From contig CAWCNJ010000008.1 in the NCBI GenBank assembly GCA_963796955.1, forward strand, positions 320,001 to 384,000: a stretch of DNA of 64,000 bases, written 5' to 3'. Of the stretch, positions 37,379-47,695 are shown one piece after another. The DNA comes from Endomicrobiales bacterium. Its GTDB lineage: Bacteria; Elusimicrobiota; Endomicrobiia; Endomicrobiales; JALOBY01. The stretch's first letter is position 1; the number at the start of each line of letters is the position of its first letter. The notes beneath the pieces are model-generated. The model saw nothing but the letters and a program-made list of their open reading frames with translations. It did not search any database and had not been told where the DNA came from. The position numbers and the translations under genes are program-made.

Positions 37379-38478
37379 AAAACGTACTCATTCAATCAAA
37401 CTTCGCGTCCCTGACAAGGGGCGGTCAGAGGAGTATCTCTTACATCCTGCGCGACATAGACCGCGCGCGCTATGCACCCGTCCTTATTTGCCAGGAAGAG
37501 GGGGATATAACAGAACAGGCCCGCAGGCTGAATATACCAGTGTACATATTCCCTTTGCCTCACCTCCGCCCCGGTAATTTCGTGGCCGTGTTAAAAACCG
37601 TCGCGCGCCTGAGAGATATTATCATTAAACACCAGATTACCATCTGCCACAACGAAGATCTTCTGGCGGCATTTCTAGCATGGGTCGCGAAAACCTTTCT
37701 TCGGCCAAAAGTCTCGGTTATATGGCACGTAAGGGTTTTGGATCCCACCCCCATACGAAAAATGTTGTCACTGCTTTTCCTCGACGGAGTCATCGGGGTT
37801 TCAGGAGCTGTCGCGAATTCGTTCCCTCGGTCAAACAAAGTCAAAGTTGTATACAACGGCATCGACGCCTGTGAATTTGATCCGGCCAAAGTGAAGCCTT
37901 TTAGCTCGCGTCTATTTCCAGAAAATGTTCCGATCATAGGATACCTGGGGGCCCTTAATGAATTCAAAGGCGCTCACATAGTGATAGCTGCCTTACAGAA
38001 AGTTTTTAAAGAAAATGCTGACACACTGTGCGTACTGGTCGGCACGGGCGACGAAGCCTACACCCGGCGACTTATCTCAACAGCAAAAGACACAGGCATT
38101 TCCAACCGAGTAATTTTCCTCGGGCAGGCGCTGCCCGCAGTCACACAGTCCATCATGCGCAGATTCACTATTTTCACAATGCCGTCGCTGGCAGCCGAAG
38201 GTTTTTCGCGCAGCCTGCTGGAGGCGCTGGTGCTCGAACGCCCCGTCGTTGCCGCTGCCATACCAACAACTGCAGAAGCAATTATCCATAAAAAAACAGG
38301 ATTGTTGTATGAGCCGAAAAACCCCGATTCCTGCGCACAAGCGATACTTACTCTTTTAAACGATCCGGTGCAGGCCGGCATATTGGGCAAACAGGCCAGG
38401 CTTGATGTTATTGAACGTTTCCCGTTAACAAACACTATAAAAGGTATTCACTCTATTTACGAATCATTTGAGAAATGA
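37375..38478 (+). CDS. GT4 glycosyltransferase
   Basis: GGQ.S N-terminal motif, VYNGID, KG, EGFSRSLLEA (EX7E). Confidence 0.9.
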   Translation: MKNVLIQSNFASLTRGGQRSISYILRDIDRARYAPVLICQEEGDITEQARRLNIPVYIFPLPHLRPGNFVAVLKTVARLRDIIIKHQITICHNEDLLAAFLAWVAKTFLRPKVSVIWHVRVLDPTPIRKMLSLLFLDGVIGVSGAVANSFPRSNKVKVVYNGIDACEFDPAKVKPFSSRLFPENVPIIGYLGALNEFKGAHIVIAALQKVFKENADTLCVLVGTGDEAYTRRLISTAKDTGISNRVIFLGQALPAVTQSIMRRFTIFTMPSLAAEGFSRSLLEALVLERPVVAAAIPTTAEAIIHKKTGLLYEPKNPDSCAQAILTLLNDPVQAGILGKQARLDVIERFPLTNTIKGIHSIYESFEK

Positions 38479-38503
38479 GATCAGGCCGCAAGTCGGAGAA
38501 TCA

Positions 38504-39598
38504 ATGAAAACAGTCATCATTCAATCGAACTATGCGACACTCGCCCGCGGCGGGCAAAAAAGCATCTCGTATATTTTGCGGGATATCGACCGCACGCGCT
38601 TTTTTCCCGTTCTTATGTGTCAGGAGGAAGGTGAGCTAACGGAGATCGCGCGCAAGATGGACATCCCGGTCGTAATTTTTAGATTGCCACGCTTACTCCC
38701 ATGGCATTTACTGTCTTTACTACGCTCATGTTTCCGCATACGAAAGCTGGTAAGGCAATACCGCGCAGATATCTGTCACTGCGAAGATTTTTCTGCTTTT
38801 TTTCTTTTCCGGACTGTAAAATATTGTATGGCCGGCAAATTCAAGGTACTCTGGCACGTGCGCGTGATAGAACATACGCCAGTACGCAAATGGCTGGCAT
38901 TGCATGTTGGCGACGGAGTGATCACCGTCTCCAGGGCGGTGGCCGATACCTTCCCGCCATCCACTGATATCCATATTATCCCTAACGGTATTGATCCACT
39001 TGAACTTGATCCTGAGAAGGTTAAGCCATTTATATCTCCGCGTTTTCCTGACAACGTTCCCATTATAGGCTATCTTGGCGCGCTCGTCGAGCAAAAAGGC
39101 GCCCACATACTGATGGCTGCCCTTCCGGCTGTATTTGCTGAGAACCCGACAGCTCTCTGTGTTTTAGTCGGTTCGGGAGAGGCTGCTTATATTCGCGCTC
39201 TCTCGTCCTTGGCCACGGAGCGGGGCATCACTAAGAATATCATTTTCTGGGGCGAGGCTCACGGAGCCGAAACAACAGCTCTACTAAGAAGCTTTACGGT
39301 GTTTTTGATGCCCTCATTTTCTGAAGGCTTTTCCAGGAGCCTGCTTGAAGCCATGTCCCTTGAACGGCCGACGGTTGCCTCCAACATAGCCGCGCACAGG
39401 GAACTGGTAGTCGCAGGTGTGACAGGTTTATTGTACGACGTTTACAGTCCCGCCGGTTGCGCAGCTGCGATCAATTCGGTGCTTGCTGACCCGGCCAAAG
39501 CCGCCAGCTACGGCAAAATGGGCAAAGAACGCACCTTGGCTTTCTACACCGTAGAGAAAACTATGAAAGGAATTCAAAAACTCTATGATTCGCTCTGA
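38504..39598 (+). CDS. GT4 glycosyltransferase, tandem paralog of the upstream gene
   Basis: Start ATG 38504 chosen from the GGAG RBS and alignment with the upstream paralog; EGFSRSLLEAM. Confidence 0.9.
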   Translation: MKTVIIQSNYATLARGGQKSISYILRDIDRTRFFPVLMCQEEGELTEIARKMDIPVVIFRLPRLLPWHLLSLLRSCFRIRKLVRQYRADICHCEDFSAFFLFRTVKYCMAGKFKVLWHVRVIEHTPVRKWLALHVGDGVITVSRAVADTFPPSTDIHIIPNGIDPLELDPEKVKPFISPRFPDNVPIIGYLGALVEQKGAHILMAALPAVFAENPTALCVLVGSGEAAYIRALSSLATERGITKNIIFWGEAHGAETTALLRSFTVFLMPSFSEGFSRSLLEAMSLERPTVASNIAAHRELVVAGVTGLLYDVYSPAGCAAAINSVLADPAKAASYGKMGKERTLAFYTVEKTMKGIQKLYDSL

Positions 39599-40697
39599 AA
39601 CCGGCAACAAAAGGGTTTTGTACGTCGATTTTCCCCTGGTACCTTCCGGAGGGGGACAATTCAGTCTGGCCGCGATGGTCTGCAACCTGAGATCATGGTC
39701 TCCGGTCATGGCTGTCAGCTGTTACAGCGATGCCTACGATATCGCAAAAGCAAAGGGCGTGCCCATCGCTATCAGCCCGATAAGGAAACGGAACCTGCCC
39801 GTAGACCTGTTGAGGGCTTTATTACTGGTTAACAGGATCAAGCCGGCTGTCATCCATTGTAATTCAGCTACGACATTTTTTACATTTGTCTATGCCTTTA
39901 TCGCCCGGATCAATAAAATACCTTTCCTGTGGCATTCCAGAGTATTAGAGACAGCCGGCTGGAAAGATGATGTCATCGTCCGCCTCGCCTGCAGGACGAT
40001 AGCAATATCCGAGGCCGTCAAGAATAAGTTCGGGCGTAACACCGATAAAAGCAGCATATCGGTGCTCTATAATGCCGTGGATACAAAACGTTTTTGTTGC
40101 AACATGGATACGACCAAGCAGCGCGAAATGCTTGGGCTGCCTGCGGACCAGCTGCTGATCGGCGTATTTTCAAGGCTTGATTGGTGGAAAGGACATATAG
40201 TGCTTATAGATGCCGTGCAAAAAACCATCAGGCGCATCAACAGCGATAAAGTTACTCTGCTGATCGCCGGCGATGGGCCTTGCAGGGAAGAAATTAAAGC
40301 CAGAGCGCGCACGACTTTGGGCGCAAGAGCTGTTTTTATCGACCACAGGGCAGATGTCGCGGAGCTTATGAACCTGTGCGATATTATCGTAAACCCTTCA
40401 ACGGAACCTGAACCGTTTGGAAGAACCATCATTGAGGCCATGGCCTGCGGCAAGCCGGTGATCGCCACAGGGATCGGAGGTCCGCTTGAAATAATCAGCC
40501 ACGAACGCGACGGCTTTCTGTGCGAACCCTCAGCAGAACCTATGGCCTTGATATTAGAAAAACTGCTGATTGATCCGGCTCTGCGCGCTGCTACCGGATC
40601 CAGGGCCCGCGAAACCGTCCTCAAAAGATTCATGGTTCAGTCGCAGATAGCTGCGCTTGAAGATATTTACGACTCAATAACAAAAGGGGCGGTATGA
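39585..40697 (+). CDS. GT4 glycosyltransferase
   Basis: GGGQFS, RLDWWKGH, EPFGRTIIEAMACGKPVIAT. Confidence 0.9.
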   Translation: MIRSETGNKRVLYVDFPLVPSGGGQFSLAAMVCNLRSWSPVMAVSCYSDAYDIAKAKGVPIAISPIRKRNLPVDLLRALLLVNRIKPAVIHCNSATTFFTFVYAFIARINKIPFLWHSRVLETAGWKDDVIVRLACRTIAISEAVKNKFGRNTDKSSISVLYNAVDTKRFCCNMDTTKQREMLGLPADQLLIGVFSRLDWWKGHIVLIDAVQKTIRRINSDKVTLLIAGDGPCREEIKARARTTLGARAVFIDHRADVAELMNLCDIIVNPSTEPEPFGRTIIEAMACGKPVIATGIGGPLEIISHERDGFLCEPSAEPMALILEKLLIDPALRAATGSRARETVLKRFMVQSQIAALEDIYDSITKGAV

Positions 40698-41218
40698 ATA
40701 ACCACAAAAGCTGCAGACTGAACCTTGGTTCCGGCGGAAAACCTCTGGAGGGTTATATTAATGTCGACATCAACCCGAAAGCGCCGGGGGTCGCCATTGT
40801 GCATAATCTGGATGTCTATCCCTGGCCTTTTGAAGATAACACCGCATCCGAGATAGTTTTAGACCAGTGCCTCGAACATATAACAGACCATAATAGAGCC
40901 ATGAAAGAGATACACCGTATACTTACACCGGGCGGGATCGCGAATATATCGGTGCCGCACTTTACCTGGCAATTTGCTTTCCACGACCCCACCCATAAAC
41001 ATTTCTTCGGCTATAACACATTTTTTTATTATGCCAGGGATTGTGGGTATTTCGATTTTCAGTTCTCAAAATGCAGGGTTAAGATCATTTTCGGGAAAAG
41101 ACTTTCCTTATGGAACTTCCTTTTAGAACCATTCGCTAATCTCTTCCCGAATGCCTACGAACAAAGTCCATTGCGTATATTTCCCGCGATCAGTATTGAC
41201 GCCGTACTGGAGAAATAA
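40694..41218 (+). CDS. Class I SAM-dependent methyltransferase (short type 11)
   Basis: LNLGSG, YINVD, WPFED, LEH, EIHRILTPGG, DPTH. Confidence 0.85.
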   Translation: MNNHKSCRLNLGSGGKPLEGYINVDINPKAPGVAIVHNLDVYPWPFEDNTASEIVLDQCLEHITDHNRAMKEIHRILTPGGIANISVPHFTWQFAFHDPTHKHFFGYNTFFYYARDCGYFDFQFSKCRVKIIFGKRLSLWNFLLEPFANLFPNAYEQSPLRIFPAISIDAVLEK

Positions 41219-41221
41219 TTG

Positions 41222-42314
41222 ATGGCGCTAAGGTCTCTGATCAAGAGTATCACGCTGCCCGCCTATTTTTTCATCAGGGGTCTTGCCCTCTTTTTTTTTG
41301 CGTGTCAGAAAAATCACGTGCGCGGCCGGCCCTGAGCCGCGCATTTTGATACTACGTTTAGACCGTATCGGCGACCTGGTGCTTACGACACCGCTCTTTA
41401 AAATTTTAAAGCATAATTTTCCAGCGGCTAAGATAACGGTGCTCATAAGACCCGGAGCCAAAGATATCCTGGAAAACAACCCCTTCATCGAAAACGTCGT
41501 AATTCACAGCTCTTTCCTGGACGATATGCACGCACTGAAAGGCAGGTTTGATATCGTGATCGATCCGTTGATGAATTACGATCTGGCGCCTGCGCTTTTA
41601 GCCCGCTTTATTAACGCTGAATGCTCAATAGGCTTCGATATTGGGAACAGGGGTTTACTATTTTCATCGCCGGTTCAACTTTCAAGGGACAAGAAGCATT
41701 TTACAGCTCACTTTGCCGAGCTGTTGTCCCCGTTGAATATTGTTGTTGACCCCGCGCAGCTTACACCTGAAATATACCTTAATGAAAAAAATGCGAGGCC
41801 GCCATTCCCTGCGGATCAGGAGGAACCTCTCATTTGCATCCATCCCGGTGGATTTTACCCTTCACAACGCTGGCCGGAGGATTCTTTCGCGCAGCTGATC
41901 ACCTTGTGTTCACAGAAATATCCTGCGGCGCACTTCGCGCTTCTCGGCACCGAAAATGATGTTATAACCTTGATAATGAATAGACTGCCCCCAAACACAC
42001 TGCACAATATCCTGTCCCTGAAAGCCGGCAGCCTGCAGGACACGATTCGCATGATAAACCGCTCCGTACTTTTTATAGGGAATAATTCGGGTCTGCTGCA
42101 CATCGCCACCGCCCTGAAAGTACCGACGGTTTCAACAATGGGACCTACTATCCAATGGCTCTGGCATCCGTGTGGGGTGCCGGAAAGAAATATTGTTGTA
42201 AGGTCGCCTGCACTTTGCCTGTCCTGCCTTAATGGTTACAGCGAGCACCATACCTGTTTAACTTCGATCGGTGTCGATGAAATGTTTTCAGCGGTTCAAA
42301 GGATCCTGGCATAA
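41222..42314 (+). CDS. GT9 (ADP-heptose:LPS heptosyltransferase-like) glycosyltransferase, frameshifted at a T9 tract near its 5' end
   Basis: RLDRIGDLVLTTP, IHPGG..RWP, FIGNNSGLLHIATAL..PTV..MGPT. ATG 41222 joins the main ORF if T9 (41291-41299) is T8. Confidence 0.8.
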
Positions 42315-43210
42315 TGGGAACAACAAGCGCGCTTCCCGGTATAACGATTATTATTCCTTCCTGCAACGGCTTGGAGCTTTTAAAACAGTGCCTGCCCGCT
42401 GTCCTTGACGAAAGAGCGGCTTACGGCGGTCAGACCGAAATATTGATTGTCGACGATGGGGGGAAGGACGGAACGGCGGAAAAGATACCGCAACTGTTCG
42501 CGGGTGTTAAGACCATAAAGAACAGCAGGAATTTTGGCTATGCCCGCTCAATAAATGCAGCTATCAGGAAATCCGGCTGTCCGCTGGTTCTTCTCCTGAA
42601 CAACGATATGGAGATAAGCCATCCCCTGCTGCAGCCCATGTCTAGATTATTCACTGATAAGAACCTGTTCGCGGCACAGCCGAACATCGTCTCAGGAACA
42701 AGCGACAAAAATGAACATTACCTGGCGCATTTCAGGCAGTTGCCCGGCTTTTTCATATACAGCTATAGTAAGACCGAATTAAAATCAACGGAGCCGGTAA
42801 GAATGGACTTCGTTTCTGGCGGCTGCTCGATGTTCGACAAGGAAAAGTTCATTTTCCTCGGTCTGTTCGATGAACTATTTTCTCCGGTCTATTTCGAGGA
42901 TATAGACATCTGCTTCAGAGCTCAGCAGTTCAACTGGAAGTCTCTCTATTACCCTGAGACGACCGTTTACCACCGACATCCCGGCGCGACGGTAAACGGC
43001 ATGTATTCCTCTTTTAAGAAACAGTTCATCCACAAGAAAAATTATTTCGCTTTTCTTTTAAAGAATTTTATCTTTTTCAGATCGCCATTTCTTTATCCAT
43101 TTACACTTGTTCCTTATGCTTTAATGAAGACATTCGCAAACCCCGCCTTTCTTCCTGGTTTCGCGTCAGCTTTGAAAGCGTACTTGTTCAATCGGAGGCA
43201 GCATGTGTAA
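42314..43210 (+). CDS. GT2 glycosyltransferase
   Basis: IIIPS.NG, VDDG..DGT, N.GY...IN, LLNND, FDE.FSP.YFEDID.CFR. Confidence 0.9.
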   Translation: MGTTSALPGITIIIPSCNGLELLKQCLPAVLDERAAYGGQTEILIVDDGGKDGTAEKIPQLFAGVKTIKNSRNFGYARSINAAIRKSGCPLVLLLNNDMEISHPLLQPMSRLFTDKNLFAAQPNIVSGTSDKNEHYLAHFRQLPGFFIYSYSKTELKSTEPVRMDFVSGGCSMFDKEKFIFLGLFDELFSPVYFEDIDICFRAQQFNWKSLYYPETTVYHRHPGATVNGMYSSFKKQFIHKKNYFAFLLKNFIFFRSPFLYPFTLVPYALMKTFANPAFLPGFASALKAYLFNRRQHV

Positions 43211-43892
43211 TGCGGATTGTATAACCTTTGGCGCGATGAATTTAACGACAAAGGATGTCGAAGGAAAAAGGATCCTGGAAGTCGGTTCCTGCAACGTTAA
43301 TGGCAGCTTAAAGACCCTCCTTTCACATCTGCAGCCTGCAGTTTACACCGGTGTTGATATTTGCGAAGGCCCCGGAGTCGATCGGGTGTGTGAGGTGGGA
43401 GACCTTGCGAAAGAATTTGGGAACGAGTCGTTCGATATTGTCATTTCCACTGAGATGATCGAGCATGTCCGCGACTGGAAAACCGCAATTACCAATATCA
43501 AAGCCGTCCTGAGCCCCGGCGGCAAGCTTATACTGACAACACGCTCAAAGGGCTTCAGTTATCATGGCTTCCCATATGATTTCTGGCGCTTTGAAATTGA
43601 GGATATGAAAGCCATTTTTCCCGACTTTGAAATCCTGAACCTTATTAAAGATGATACTTCTCCCGGTGTACTGCTGGCGGCGACAAAGCGCGGAACGGCC
43701 CCGGTTAATTTAGCCGATATCGCTCTTTATTCCGTTGTCCTATCAAGGATCGCGCCCGAAGTCTCAGACCGCGACATCGCCGTGTTCCGTTTTAAAAGAG
43801 CCATCTTTATAATGGTAGAGAGCATAATTTTTTTCCCCGCAAAGTCTGTTCGGAGGCTATTAAAAAAACTATTGCAACTGAATTCTATCTAA
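43203..43892 (+). CDS. Class I SAM-dependent methyltransferase
   Basis: ILEVGS.NVNGS, GVD...GPGVD, FDIVISTEMIEH, HGFPYDFWRF. Confidence 0.85.
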   Translation: MCNADCITFGAMNLTTKDVEGKRILEVGSCNVNGSLKTLLSHLQPAVYTGVDICEGPGVDRVCEVGDLAKEFGNESFDIVISTEMIEHVRDWKTAITNIKAVLSPGGKLILTTRSKGFSYHGFPYDFWRFEIEDMKAIFPDFEILNLIKDDTSPGVLLAATKRGTAPVNLADIALYSVVLSRIAPEVSDRDIAVFRFKRAIFIMVESIIFFPAKSVRRLLKKLLQLNSI

Positions 43893-43904
43893 GGAGCTAA
43901 CGCA

Positions 43905-44708
43905 ATGAAAGGAATTTCTGCAGTACTTATCGTCCGCAATGAAGAAAGAAATATCGAGCCCTGCCTTGAATCGATCAAATGGGTCGACGAAATAATAGTA
44001 ATAGACCAGTCCTCTACAGATAGAACCGTTGAACTTGCGAAAAAATACACGAATAACATACATATCACGGCGAATAAGAATATCTGCAACCCTGACAGGG
44101 AATTCGGCGCTGAGATCGCTACAGGCGAATGGATACTGCTTATTGAAGCTGATGAAAGGATAACCCCGGACCTTAAAGCCGAACTGGCAGCAGCAGCCGT
44201 TGCGACAAATCCGATAGATATATTTTTCATGCCGGTGAAAACATATTTTAACGGCAAATGGATACGCACCTGCGGGTGGTTCCCGGCCTACATTCCGCGT
44301 TTGTTCAGAAAAGGGATCATAAAATTCGGGGCCGGAATACATACCAACGGCCTTTTTCTTTCCCAGAAGACAGCCTACCTGAAGTGCACGCTCGACCACT
44401 TTTCTTACGATTCAATTAACGGTTGGATCGCCAAGTTCATGAGGTACACGACCCAGCGGGCGGATGAGGATTTTGCGAACGGAAAGCGGCCTAACCTGAA
44501 AAACACTGTAATGTCATTTTTTTTACGACCCGTTTATTACTTCTTTCGAAAATACATCATTCAGCAGGGTTTCAGGGATGGATGGCGCGGCCTCTTCATA
44601 AGCATGTCATCACCCATGACAATCATTATGGAATATTTTAAGCTCATCGAGCTTGCTGACAGGGCAAAGAACAGCACAACGGCGGCCGCCATGAGCCAGG
44701 GCAAATGA
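43905..44708 (+). CDS. GT2 glycosyltransferase (KdtX/WaaE-like)
   Basis: ISAVLIVRNEE.NI..CLESI.WVDEIIVID..STD.T, ADER, RLFR, GFRDGWRG; AAGGAG RBS. Confidence 0.85.
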   Translation: MKGISAVLIVRNEERNIEPCLESIKWVDEIIVIDQSSTDRTVELAKKYTNNIHITANKNICNPDREFGAEIATGEWILLIEADERITPDLKAELAAAAVATNPIDIFFMPVKTYFNGKWIRTCGWFPAYIPRLFRKGIIKFGAGIHTNGLFLSQKTAYLKCTLDHFSYDSINGWIAKFMRYTTQRADEDFANGKRPNLKNTVMSFFLRPVYYFFRKYIIQQGFRDGWRGLFISMSSPMTIIMEYFKLIELADRAKNSTTAAAMSQGK

Positions 44709-45779
44709 AGGTTTGCTATTTCGGCGCCTACGACCCGAAATACGTCAGAAACAGAGTAATACGAAAGGGTTCTTGTTCAAAACGGCATTCAGTATGTTGA
44801 ATGCCACATATCGCAAAGTATATATCACTGGACAATCATTAATTTCCTGCTATTGTTAAAGTGGTTCACCGTAAAGAAAGATTTCTCTACAGTCATTGTC
44901 AGCGAGACCGAGTATGTTTTTGTTCCGCTTGCCAGACTATTGTGCTCGATATGGAAGAAGTCCCTTGTTTTTGACGCCTTCTTTTCATACTACGACATGA
45001 CAGTCAATGACAGAAAAACGGTAAGGCCGAACAGCCTTACGGCACGCAGATATCATTATTTCGATGAGCTCGGGTGCAGGCTTGCGGACCGTATCATGGT
45101 AGACACCGAGCAGCATGCGCAATTTTTCATCAGTGAATTTAACGTACCCGGGAATAAAATCGATGTTATCAGGGTTGGCGCCGATGAGTCGATATATTTT
45201 CCCGTCGAAGCCACTAAGTCGGAAAAACATTTTTCAGTGCTTTTTACCGGCACCTATATTCCTTTGCACGGGGTTGAAATTATCATCAAGGCAGCAGAGA
45301 TACTTAAGGATGAACCTATTGATTTTCTGCTTATAGGAGATGGCCAGACGAGATCGGACACAACGTCTTTGGCGAGAAGCCTTAAGCTTAACAACATTAA
45401 ATTCATGGACTACCTTCCTGAAAACGAGCTCGCAAGATATGTCAATGCAGCAGATCTGTGTCTCGGTATTTTTGGAAGCTCGCAAAAATCAACGCGAGTG
45501 ATCCCCTGCAAGATCTATAGTGCCATAGCCTGCGCCAAACCCGTTTTGACGATGGATTCGCCTGCTATCAGAGAATGTTTTATCGATGGTGTCAACATAG
45601 CGCTTTGCAAACCGTCAAAACCCGAATCGTTGGCGGAGAAGATACTTGAGCTAAAGAACGACCCGAGCTTAAGGAAAACTATCGCACGCAACAGCTACAA
45701 ACTTTTCAACGATACTTTTACACCAGCTCATCTCGTAAAGCCTCTCGTTGAACGTCTCAATTCTGGTGTAAACAAATGA
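44705..45779 (+). CDS. GT4-type glycosyltransferase with a +1 frameshift at ~44770
   Basis: ATGA-coupled start reads MKVCYFGAYDPKYVRNRVIRKG; deleting one base in GGGTT continues LVQNGIQYVECH... into the 44853 ORF (GTYIPLHG, ADLCLGIFG, IPCKIY). Confidence 0.8.
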
Positions 45780-46810
45780 AGATGGAAAATAACCCTCATT
45801 GCCTGCTTTGCGATGTGGAAGGTTTCATGCGCTACCGCGATCTGCCTGACCGCCTTTTCGGCGTTCCCGGGCAATTCTCCCACAGGGAGTGCCCCCAATG
45901 CGGCATGGTTTGGCTGGATCCCAGACCCACACCGGATGCTATTGGCCAGTGTTATCAGCAGTACTACACTCACGTTTCGAACACAAGCACAACAACGGAC
46001 CGGTCGAACACACGCAGACCGCTGGGCTTGTTGCGGGATTGGCTGCGGACGCAAATACTTTGCGGTCATTACGGCTACGGGAACATTCTTCACAGACATG
46101 GTTTATGTTTCCTGGGCCGTGCACTTGGCTCATTTTCATTTTTAAGACGTCGCGCCGTCAATGACGCTATGGGCGAATTGTTGCCTCACTTCAAGCCCGG
46201 AGGAACTATTCTAGATATAGGCTGCGGCGCCGGCGACTACCTGGCTGCCATGCAGAATCTTGGCTGGCACGTATCAGGGGTAGAGCCTGATCCGGTTTCC
46301 GCTGAACGGGCAAGAGCGCGCGGTCTGGAGATAAAAACAGGCTCACTCGCGCAGGCCCGTATCGCGGATCACAGCTTTGATCAGGTAACAATGCGCCATG
46401 TTCTTGAACACCTGCACGACCCGGTCGCGGTGATCAAAGAATGTTTCAGGATACTGAAAAAAGGCGGCAGGCTGGTGCTGCTGACACCGAACAAAGACAG
46501 TCTGGGGCACAAACACTTCAGGGAAACATATTTTCATTTGGACCCGCCCAGACATCTTACTTTGTTTTCTACAAAAGCCATCGTACGGCTCTTCCAAAAG
46601 TCGCAGTTTACCGACGTTCGAATTAATACTCTTACCAGGGCCGCCGTGGGCAGTTATAATGCAAGTTCGATAATCAGGGATACAGGAAAGCTTGTTGACT
46701 CGAATATCCTGCCTCAAAAGGGCAGGCTTCTATTTTATACCAAAGAGATATTTCTTAATATGCTCGGCAAAGAATGCGGAGAGGAAATAGAAGTAGTGGC
46801 TGTCAAATAA
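45776..46810 (+). CDS. Class I SAM-dependent methyltransferase with N-terminal Cys (zinc-ribbon-like) motif
   Basis: CLLC...CPQCG; ILDIGCGAG; HVLEHL.DP; TPN; PRHL..F. Confidence 0.85.
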   Translation: MKMENNPHCLLCDVEGFMRYRDLPDRLFGVPGQFSHRECPQCGMVWLDPRPTPDAIGQCYQQYYTHVSNTSTTTDRSNTRRPLGLLRDWLRTQILCGHYGYGNILHRHGLCFLGRALGSFSFLRRRAVNDAMGELLPHFKPGGTILDIGCGAGDYLAAMQNLGWHVSGVEPDPVSAERARARGLEIKTGSLAQARIADHSFDQVTMRHVLEHLHDPVAVIKECFRILKKGGRLVLLTPNKDSLGHKHFRETYFHLDPPRHLTLFSTKAIVRLFQKSQFTDVRINTLTRAAVGSYNASSIIRDTGKLVDSNILPQKGRLLFYTKEIFLNMLGKECGEEIEVVAVK

Positions 46811-46834
46811 TGACCTTACAGGAGAGGATGACAA

Positions 46835-47671
46835 ATGGCTATTACAAATGACTTATTGCTTACCGAGCTGCTGCAGCAAAGGCTCGTGAAAATGAAATCA
46901 TTTTGTGTCGATAAAACCATAGCCAATTTCACACATCAATACGAGCTGCATAAACGTGTGAACAATCTTCTTAAGAGCGTCCAACAGTTGGTTGATACGC
47001 TTGGATCTTCTAAAAAGCTCAGGGTCCTTGACCTGGGGTGCGGTGACGGATTCAATTCCTTCAATCTTTATTACAATCTGAAGAATGCGAACATTGTAAT
47101 CGACGGCGTAGACTTTATAGAAATGGACATTTATATCGCGAACAAGACAAAAGAGTACTTACAGATCGACAACGACAAGATCGTTTTTTCAATAGGTGAC
47201 GCCTGTGATCTGAAATTGAGCCCAGAGCTTTTCGACATTGTAGTATTCAGCGAGGTTATCGAGCATCTGCCCGAACCTGAAAAGTCTATAAGAGAAATTT
47301 CAAAAGTCCTTAAAAAAGGCGGCTTTCTGGTATTAAGCACACCGAACGCGCACAACCCGGTCGTTGATGTGGCGCAAAAGCTCAAAGAGGTTCTCGGGAA
47401 AGTGGAACGCAAAAAAAGCGCGGTGGGATGGCAGGGAAAGTATCCCGGACATATTTCCACAATGAGCGTGGCGCAGCTGAAAGAACTGGTAACCAGGAAC
47501 GGCTTCAGGACCGTGAACCTTAAGCGCGGCAGTATTTTATACGGCTCGAACAACCTGGACCGGCACCCGGTAATTTCAGCGCTGATAATTATCTTCGACA
47601 GAATACTTGACCATTTACCGTTCACCCGTTCAATTACGGAAAACATCACGATGGTCCTGGCAAAAGAGTAA
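46835..47671 (+). CDS. Class I SAM-dependent methyltransferase
   Basis: VLDLGCGDG, GDA, FDIVVFSEVIEHL, LKKGG..VLSTPN; GGAG/AGGA RBS. Confidence 0.85.
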   Translation: MAITNDLLLTELLQQRLVKMKSFCVDKTIANFTHQYELHKRVNNLLKSVQQLVDTLGSSKKLRVLDLGCGDGFNSFNLYYNLKNANIVIDGVDFIEMDIYIANKTKEYLQIDNDKIVFSIGDACDLKLSPELFDIVVFSEVIEHLPEPEKSIREISKVLKKGGFLVLSTPNAHNPVVDVAQKLKEVLGKVERKKSAVGWQGKYPGHISTMSVAQLKELVTRNGFRTVNLKRGSILYGSNNLDRHPVISALIIIFDRILDHLPFTRSITENITMVLAKE

Positions 47672-47695
47672 CTGGAAAGGGAGAATAAGTAAACC

